From Tubulanus polymorphus (taxonomy: Eukaryota > Animalia > Nemertea), in NCBI RefSeq assembly GCF_964204645.1, contig NC_134028.1, positions 27,371,545-27,379,721 of the forward strand: a DNA stretch of 8,177 nucleotides, read 5' to 3'. Both the position numbers and the translations under genes were made by a program. The notes beneath the pieces were generated by a model, which saw only the letters and a program-made list of their open reading frames with translations, searched no databases and had not been told where the DNA came from. Shown piece by piece: positions 1 to 6,457 of this stretch (positions within the stretch are counted from its first letter, which is position 1; each line of letters starts with the position of its first letter).

Positions 1-494
1 AGTTGCTAGCCGCCATTTTGTTAGGGTACTTTTGTCCCGTATTGTTGAGTCATTTTTTTCTCTTTTTAATAAACTATCCGTGATGTGTGTTGTATCATAT
101 TTCATCTGTCCATGGATGGATTTTGACAGTTTCAGCAACATTCAAACCGCGTAAATCTCTAGTTTTCAGTTATGTAAAAATCATTTTTCAAATTTGCAAC
201 AATGCGACATGAGAGAGATATAAAAATTGGCGGTCAGTTTTTGCCGTGCGCATAGAAATCAAGAGTACTAAACTTTGAAGTTCGTCATTTTCAGAAATGA
301 TTTTCTAAAAAATCCAAGCATTTCAAGAACTGTGCGCATAAATGCCCCCTTTCATGTGAACTTTTAAATTTTAAGATATCTTGCCTAGTTTTTTTCCTAT
401 GGCTCTTTAACTGCAGCGCGTGTATTGTCATTCCGAGATTCGGCGCTGTTTTCTTTGCGTGTATTTCAGTATATGGGTGTTATTTTTTTCATTT
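1..494 (+). repeat. Left arm of long inverted repeat
   Basis: AGTTGCTAGCCGCCATTTTGTTAGGGTAC...ATATGGGTGTTATTT is the reverse complement of 1159-1651. Confidence 0.97.
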
Positions 495-1158
495 CCGTTC
501 TCCGGCGCTAGTTCGTAATGGCTGTATTGGTAGTCGCTTTTACAGCAGGCAGAGGCTTACGTACATGCACCCAAGAAAACCCAAAATATCACTCTTTTGT
601 TGTAAATGCAATGCACATACTTCTTGCATTTTTGTGATGGTAGATGTCACTTTGACTTTTTATCACCTGTGTCTGACATTCGAACTTGATACTTGATATT
701 TCACCACCAAAGCAAGAAAACGTTTTCCTATATTTTCTTCCCAATCTAATCAATCTTGTGTGTACTTAATATAAAGTATTCATAGAAAGTAGCTGAATAT
801 TTGCCCCACCCCATTTGTCCTGCTTTTTGACCACTTCTCCATCCATCTAATTTCAGTAGATTTTTATGTAAATTTATTAATAGACTACTTATTTAGATGG
901 TCATCATACTCGATTTTGAGTGTTATATTTCTTTTCTTCTTCCATCTCAATATAGGCCAATATATTCTCTTCCCGCGCGCAACTTCGAATACGTGATCAA
1001 AATGCCGCTCAGTCTCGCTGCTAAAACTGGACAAAAAACCCTTAAACTCCAACATCTCTAATGTCTTCGATCTATTATATTGCATAAATGACGTAATATT
1101 AAAACCTGATACTCGTACCAACAATTAAAACCATTTTCCGTAGAGACAAGTGTAGTGA

Positions 1159-1652
1159 AAATGAAGAAATAACACCCATATACTGAAATACACGCAAAGA
1201 AAACAGCGCCGAATCTCGGAATGACAATACACGCGCTGCAGTTAAAGAGCCATAGGAAAAAAACTAGGCAAGATATCTTAAAATGTCAAAGTTCACCTGA
1301 AAGGGGGCATTTATGCGCACAGTTCTTGAAATGCTTGGATTTTTTAGAAAATTATTTCTGAAAATAACGAACTTCAAAGTTTAGTACCCTTGATTTCTAT
1401 GCGCACGGCAAAAACTGACCGCCAATTTTTATATCGCTCTCACGTCGCATTGTTGCAAATTTAAAAAATGATTTTTACATAACTGAAAACTAGAGATTTA
1501 TGCGGTTTGAATGTTGCTGAAACTGTCAAAATCCATCCATGGACAGATGAAATATGATACAACACACATCACGGATAGTTTTTAAAAAAGAGAAAAAAAT
1601 GACCCAACAATACGGGACAAAAGTACCCTAACAAAATGGCGGCTAGCAACTG
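1159..1652 (-). repeat. Right arm of long inverted repeat
   Basis: AAATAACACCCATAT...GTACCCTAACAAAATGGCGGCTAGCAACTG is the reverse complement of the window start. Confidence 0.97.
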
Positions 1653-1982
1653 TAAAATGGTTTATTTACGGAGAGTTTTTACGAGTTAAGCTGTAAAGTT
1701 CACAAGGTGGAGCAATTACGACAATTCTGGTCGTTGTATTGGAAGATTACATCGACAATAGAGGGCGGTCACAGAGCGTATAGTGACGATTAAAAGCGCA
1801 TCGCTACCGTAGCAGCATGTATCCGAACGGCTATCAACATCATCGTCAAATTTCGGCGAGGAGTCTTTGCGGAATTGCCTCTAGTCCATCCTCAGAGAAT
1901 GAGCGTAGGAATATTTTTCATTAAGAAATTGTCATTAAGTTGCCTAGCTAGTTATATTATTTTTGGTTTTGGTATATATTCA

Positions 1983-2208
1983 CAGGCCGGCCACTTTCAT
2001 TTGAGTCGCTTTTTCCCCCTGAACATTCCCCGACACGCACGCGTTGTTTTCCCTGACTTGATCCGTATAACCTAGACAGAAACTGTTAGATTCCAAGCGC
2101 GATCTAGCGATCTCGACAAATTAACCCGACTTTTCCCGATTTTTTAAAAACAAAATTCCCTGACTATTCCCCGACTTTTCCCTGATTTTCAGGTAAGTGA
2201 TTACGCTG
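1983..2208 (+). mobile_element. Degenerate ~226-bp MITE with TTCCC(T/C)GAC subterminal repeats, possibly hAT-related
   Basis: About 7 copies of TTCCC(T/C)GA(C) between 2011 and 2185. Weak terminal inverted repeats (CAGGCCGGCCACT / AGTGATTACGCTG) and a 5-bp direct repeat ATTCA on both flanks (1978-1982, 2209-2213). Confidence 0.55.
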
Positions 2209-2679
2209 ATTCAGTTTAAACTATAACCCGTAGCCTTTTATTTGCAAATGCCGTTGACGATTCAACCATTCATTTTCGGAAAATTTCGAGGCTTTTCGCT
2301 AAACTTCGTCATCAGAGAAACCAAAGATGATTTTTTGAGAAAAAAAAAACATCCAAATATCTACCAGAGTAGATCTAGTTCAAAAAAGTAGTGGATGTTA
2401 AAGTAGTGGATTCTATTTTAAGGTTATTCTATTTCAGTTTTTGAGTGAAGAAAACTGACTTGATTTAAAGATAATTTTAAATTTATCAATTTAATAATTT
2501 TAAAATTTCAAAAACTTCGTTTGCGCAAATTGTCTTTTAGTTTCGATGTATCAAGTTTACGTTTAACAACCAATTTTGAGCAACTGATACCTATAGATAA
2601 GGGCCATTCTCGTAATTCTAGGAATGTCGGTATCTCAACATTCGGGGCGGCCCTATTCAAAGATTTAATCGAGGCCTAC

Positions 2680-2919
2680 CTGTATATACGTATCCGTGCA
2701 CTTGAACTTCGGCTAAACCTAAATATTCCCGTTTTCCAATTCCGTGATGTTGAACTGTAACATATCTACCGATTAGAGGTGTATTACAACGTATAAAAAA
2801 ATGTCCCCCGCACAGAGCAGGACCGTGATATCCACACTTCACGTTAGATTCGGGAACACCTGCGTTCGTACTGGCAGTAGTGTTACCTACACGTACTTCA
2901 AGATTACGAGATCTTCGTT
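2680..2919 (-). CDS. Exon encoding the C-terminal half of an F-type lectin (fucolectin/FTP) domain
   Basis: Acceptor tttcag|AA at 2920/2919. Open frame (K)RRSRNLEVRVGNTTASTNAGVPESNVKCGYHGPALCGGHFFIRCNTPLIGRYVTVQHHGIGKREYLGLAEVQVHGYVYT(G) with FTP hallmarks EVRVG, C..GRYVTV and L.L.EVQV.G. Candidate donor ACAG|gtaggc at 2680/2679 gives 240 nt, phase 1-1. If unspliced it reads on to TGA at 2659-2657. Confidence 0.9.
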
Positions 2920-3381
2920 CTGAAATATCATTAATGTAAACGAATGTAGGTAAAAATTCCCCACATACGTATAAAAATCACCAATTCTTCGAAGTAGGTA
3001 TAAACCCTACACCAATTGATCAATGGAGTGCAAATATATACAATTTAAGGTCGCAAATTTCCTAACTATAGACAACTTAAGCGAGTTCATACTGTAAAGT
3101 TACGTTTTGAAAAAGCCATCGAAATGGCCACAAACTGGCCCACATCGATGCCGAGAAGTAAAACGTATATTTTCAGTACTTTCATTTAATGATAGAAGGA
3201 ATTACTATTCAATTCTATCTCCAACGCTGTGACAGAATCCTCACCCATAGATCTGGGTTGTTAGGTTAAAGGTAAGATTAGCTTTCGAGTCAAATTTAAA
3301 CTCAAAAATGGAATATCCAGATCGCGTCGATTTTTTCATTCGCCAAAATGTAACACGATACGATAAAAGAAAAAAGCTTAC

Positions 3382-3624
3382 TCCACGAATTGACTTCATT
3401 GTTATCACAGTTAGTAGCGTCTGTTCGATCATACAGGTCGACGCCCAGCACGACGTGTTGTGCGCCCAGATCAACTTGAAACCAGGCGTCAGTGTCATTC
3501 TGAGTGTGGCAAAGTCCCCCTTTTTCCCCACCGCTAGTAGTCCCATCGACGCATTTCTCAGCTCCATAAGAATCATGAGTGAAATTAGAAGACGACGTTG
3601 CCGGTTTGTCGCGAGCTACATTAC
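3382..3624 (-). CDS. Exon encoding the N-terminal half of an F-type lectin (fucolectin/FTP) domain
   Basis: Acceptor tgtcttctag|GT at 3625/3624, donor TGGA|gtaagc at 3382/3381; 243 nt, phase 1-1. Translation (G)NVARDKPATSSSNFTHDSYGAEKCVDGTTSGGEKGGLCHTQNDTDAWFQVDLGAQHVVLGVDLYDRTDATNCDNNEVNSW(K) contains NVA..KPA..SS, VDG (Ca-site motif), HT, WFQVDLG and H-x26-R-x-D. Confidence 0.93.
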
Positions 3625-3972
3625 CTAGAAGACAACAACAGAACAACATTTCACATACGTGTGTCGTACATGGCATTAGAATACATACATACAGCGAATT
3701 CTCCGTTTCAACGAACACCTTTCGATGGCAGTATCCGTTCAAGTTTTTTACACTGTGACTACCATGCAAATTCAATTATTTTCAGCCACTGTTGTGCCTT
3801 CCGACAGTTAAAAAACTATCAGTCCTATATAGCTTAGCAGTATAATGAAAGTTTGCACACAATACTATGGCCTTTCATATGTTACTAGGTTTGAGTATTA
3901 CATCGTTATAACATTGTTAGTTAAAAGGGATGTCGCAACCGCAAATTTTCCATTTATACTTTTTTGCATATA

Positions 3973-4071
3973 GCTGCGATCACACGAGCGTTTTTGGCAC
4001 CGGCCAAATTTGGCTCGAGCCAGATCCGTGCCAATTTGGCCCGGGCCAAATCATCTCCGTGTGATCGCGGC
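3973..4071 (-). mobile_element. 99-bp palindrome-rich MITE (short copy), intronic
   Basis: TIRs GCTGCGATCACACG / CGTGTGATCGCGGC (1 mismatch) flanked by TA on both sides. Internal GGC(N)CG(N)GCC-AAATTT motifs. About 75 bp match the reverse complement of 5131-5206. Confidence 0.85.
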
Positions 4072-4503
4072 TATTGTAGACCAAATACGTTTGCGTTGCA
4101 TTCTTTATCTTTTGCTGATATTATTCGGCGATATCTCGCGTATAAACCTTACGCGGAAATGCCGTAATCTTCTCACGTAGGATGACTTATTGGGATATAG
4201 TCAAAACGTCGAATGAAACATTTCGGACTCTTTCCCGGAACCAGAACCAAACCAGCAGCGATTTTATTGACAGTACATTCGAACATGGAGACTTTAGGCG
4301 ATATGATGATGAAAAATCCCCGCGATTTGAAAATGTTTTTAAAACTAAGAATTCATTTAATCGACGAATTGAAATGACTCGACCTCCCGCTAGAGAGAAC
4401 CGCGTCAGGTGTGTGAGTGTTGATGTCCGAATCGGGATGGTTCGAGGCTTCGGACTCGCAACCGGCAGCAAACGTAATTTATATCTTTTCGATCTAAACT
4501 TAC

Positions 4504-4653
4504 CGATTTGACATCCGGGTCCGTTCCATCCGGCATCACACTCAGCGCTGTCCGGACATGTTAGTGCAAGTGTCTGCGTTACTGGTGCCTGACCGGTTTT
4601 ACAGTGTTTCGCCCACTTGGCGTTGTTACAACTGCTACCGTAACAAGTTGTGG
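4504..4653 (-). CDS. Exon encoding an EGF-like (MEGF/laminin-EGF-type) cysteine-rich module; not shown in the ORF track
   Basis: Acceptor ttttttctag|CC at 4654/4653, donor ATCG|gtaagt at 4504/4503; 150 nt, phase 1-1. Translation xTTCYGSSCNNAKWAKHCKTGQAPVTQTLALTCPDSAECDAGWNGPGCQI(G) has 6 Cys and the C-x2-G-W-x-G-x2-C EGF signature, and joins the 3624 exon in frame (CQI-G-NVA). Confidence 0.9.
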
Positions 4654-4904
4654 CTAGAAAAAATTAGATTAAAGATTATCGGATAAACAATCCGTTTCAG
4701 TAAACATTTACCAACAAACTTTGAAAAACGTTTCGTTAGTTCGGGGTCTACTGCAAACACCAGACGTTAAATATTTTATCAACGCCCTTTCAAAAACTGA
4801 TCGTCCACACTTCACATATTGTGTTCAGAACTTCATCCGAGATAATTCGAATTGAAAAGTGAAATACAAGCACCATACATTAGACATGATCGCCACACTT
4901 TCTA

Positions 4905-5064
4905 CAGTGGAACCTCGTTGATAGAAATCTTGCGAGTAAAAGTGAAATTGACAAACGAGCTTCGTATTATGATATGATTATGTTCGCTGGGTGACATGCT
5001 AGTCATCATATCAATTTACGGGTTTCGTCTTAGACAGAATCGTATAATTAACAAGGTTCACCTC
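4905..5064 (+). mobile_element. Old ~160-bp pogo/Tigger-like (Tc1/mariner superfamily) MITE
   Basis: Left end TA|CAGTGGAACCTCGTTGATA; degenerate right end AATTAACAAGGTTCACCTC|TA (15/21 match to the reverse complement, including TA). Internal TTCGTATTAT / TTCGTCTTAG / ATCGTATAAT motifs. Confidence 0.55.
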
Positions 5065-5130
5065 TACTTCATAATGGCACAAATACGCAGCAGGGGTGCC
5101 TGTGGCTAGATAGTGACCGCTGTAAACTAA

Positions 5131-5449
5131 GCCGCGATCACACGGAGACGATTCGGCCCGGGCCAAATTGGCACGGATCAGGCTCGAGCCAAATTTGGCC
5201 GTGCCCAATTAGAGAGCGCGTTCACACGCAAATCATTCGCTCGATACTAAACAATGCTCAAACAAAGCGAAGTGGGTCATTTCCGGTACCAGTTGCAATT
5301 CAAACGCCATCTTTTGTCCGTGCTAGAATTTGGCTCGGGCCTGGTCCGACGATTTTGGCCGGGCCAAATTTGGCTCGCGCCAAACAGGCTCGGTACCATT
5401 TGGCACCCGTGTGAACAGTTGTTCCGGGCCAAATTTCTAAGCTGTCGGC
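5131..5449 (+). mobile_element. Longer copy of the palindrome-rich MITE family; right end degenerate or truncated
   Basis: Starts TAA|GCCGCGATCACACGG, the same TIR as 3973-4071. Repeated GGCCCGGGCC, GGCTCGAGCC and CCAAATTTGG palindromes; internal inverted pair GTTCACACG (5220-5228) / CGTGTGAAC (5408-5416). PIF/Harbinger affinity is possible but not proven. Confidence 0.8.
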
Positions 5450-5628
5450 CTATAGATCGTTCGTGTAGTGTATTTGTAATTATACGACAGCACCAGTAAG
5501 TGCTGCCATCTGTATTGGTAAGAGAGCAATGAAAATGGAGCCGGATAAAAATTGGCTACCGTGTGCGCTGATAAACGTCTTATGTCTACTCTTTTGGATC
5601 TAATGGACGACTCTACAGTTCGGAATGG

Positions 5629-5882
5629 CTAATTAATACCACGCAAGCGCACTGAGGTGCGCGACTTGAAATTCAAGTAAAGCGCAACCATTTGTAACTA
5701 ATCGAAGAAGTCATCGAATTTATGCGATATAATCTATCAAAACGAAACCACAACGTTTCGGCTGTTATTCGTAACTATAACCATATACCGCGCCGTGGTG
5801 TATGAACAATATAGCCGTATGCCCGCGTTTTATTCAACACACTGAGTTGAAATTATCCCCAGCACTTTCGGGAATTAATTAG
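5629..5882. mobile_element. Possible decayed ~250-bp MITE
   Basis: Imperfect terminal inverted repeats CTAATTAATACCACGCAAGCGCACTGAGG vs CCCCAGCACTTTCGGGAATTAATTAG, plus an internal inverted pair CGGCTGTTATT / AATATAGCCG. Confidence 0.35.
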
Positions 5883-6304
5883 TCAAACGACAAAATCGCT
5901 AACGCATCTGTTTACAGCGCCGTGCAATAGACAAATAATAATAAGTGTCATATAATTGCCTAACATTTTTACTATTGAATTCAGAATCATTTCGGTCCCA
6001 GTACCGCCGGCTAATCCAGGCGCATTCAACGCGATTGTGTGTAGCTATTTTTTTATTATTTCGTCAGACAAAAACCGCCACAGAAATTTATATACTATTG
6101 GAAAACCCTCGATTTAGAACAAGGATGTTTTCGAAATGGTCAGGATCTGTTATATATACAATTCGATGAACGAAATTGTGACAGAAACCGCACCACTCCC
6201 TGTACAAATGTCATTCATTGTGTAAAGTATGTATTTCGTTATTTTGTTTTTGACTTAAGAATTCCTTGACGATTAGGACGGATTACATCGTATATATCGT
6301 TCGA

Positions 6305-6457
6305 GTGAAGATCCTTCTTTGTAGGAATTCGAACCTTGATGGCATCGTGAAATTCTGCCACGTTCCTCCCTCGCAGGTATTCGAACCTGATGGCATCGCG
6401 AGACTCTGCCTCGTTACTCCCTCTCTCGGAGATTCGAACCTGCTGGCACCAGGACTC
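6305..6457 (-). repeat. Degenerate tandem repeat, 3 x 51 bp, each unit with a GGTTCGAAT B-box-like core
   Basis: Minus-strand units start at 6457, 6406 and 6355: GAGTCCTGGTGCCAGCAGGTTCGAATCTCCGAGAGAGGGAGTAACGAGGCA / GAGTCTCGCGATGCCATCAGGTTCGAATACCTGCGAGGGAGGAACGTGGCA / GAATTTCACGATGCCATCAAGGTTCGAATTCCTACAAAGAAGGATCTTCAC. Confidence 0.85.

Larger units (their letters stand above)
1..1652. mobile_element. Long inverted-repeat (foldback/MITE-like) non-autonomous DNA element; left end at or beyond the window edge
   Basis: 1..~494 is the reverse complement of ~1159..1651 (position i pairs with 1652-i). By hand count there are 13 mismatches in 485 bp (~97%). The spacer ~495-1158 has no recognisable transposase. 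The right arm reads ...GCAACTG|TA at 1652/1653, which would fit a CAGT..ACTG Tc1/mariner end with a TA target duplication, but the left flank is missing so the outer limit is unproven. Confidence 0.8.

Noticed and set aside
885-1124. 79-aa ORF in the foldback spacer as a transposase remnant
   Set aside because: No DDE/D, HTH or zinc-finger motif is recognisable.
1660-1900. Possible further minus-strand exon (Cys-containing frames, AATAAA near 1661-1666)
   Set aside because: No strong acceptor in the required phase 1; the frames are short and have no clear domain pattern.
2386-2411. Direct repeat AAAGTAGTGGAT x2
   Set aside because: Simple local slippage duplication with no further structure.
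2906-2919. KRRSR furin-like cleavage site created at the exon junction
   Set aside because: It overlaps the predicted sugar-binding Arg inside the folded domain and matches only the minimal R-x-x-R.
3241-3628. ORFs 3308-3628 (+) and 3241-3576 (-)
   Set aside because: Antisense or alternate-frame shadows of the lectin exon.
3302-3775. 157-aa ORF as a complete gene
   Set aside because: Only 3624-3382 has domain similarity and splice signals; the flanks are intron read-through.
4182-4511. 109-aa plus-strand ORF and 94-aa minus-strand ORF in the intron
   Set aside because: No recognisable motif or splice support; the length is compatible with chance.
3964-5499. Similar peptides (AKFGSS.IRANLARA.SSPCDRG) in ORFs 3964-4167 and 5011-5208, and ORF 5254-5499
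   Set aside because: The similarity is just the shared MITE sequence.
5883-5951. Signal-peptide first exon candidate MTLIIICLLHGAV (also candidates near 6642, 7826 and 8044)
   Set aside because: No good phase-1 donor compatible with the 4653 exon, or no proper hydrophobic core; the 5' exon is left unassigned.
6305-6457. CRISPR-like array, or a 17-aa repeat protein (ORFs 6239-6550, 6283-6642, 6266-6496)
   Set aside because: The supposed spacers resemble each other, there are no cas genes and the context is eukaryotic. The conserved core is read in different frames between units (VRI vs RFE), arguing against protein-level selection.
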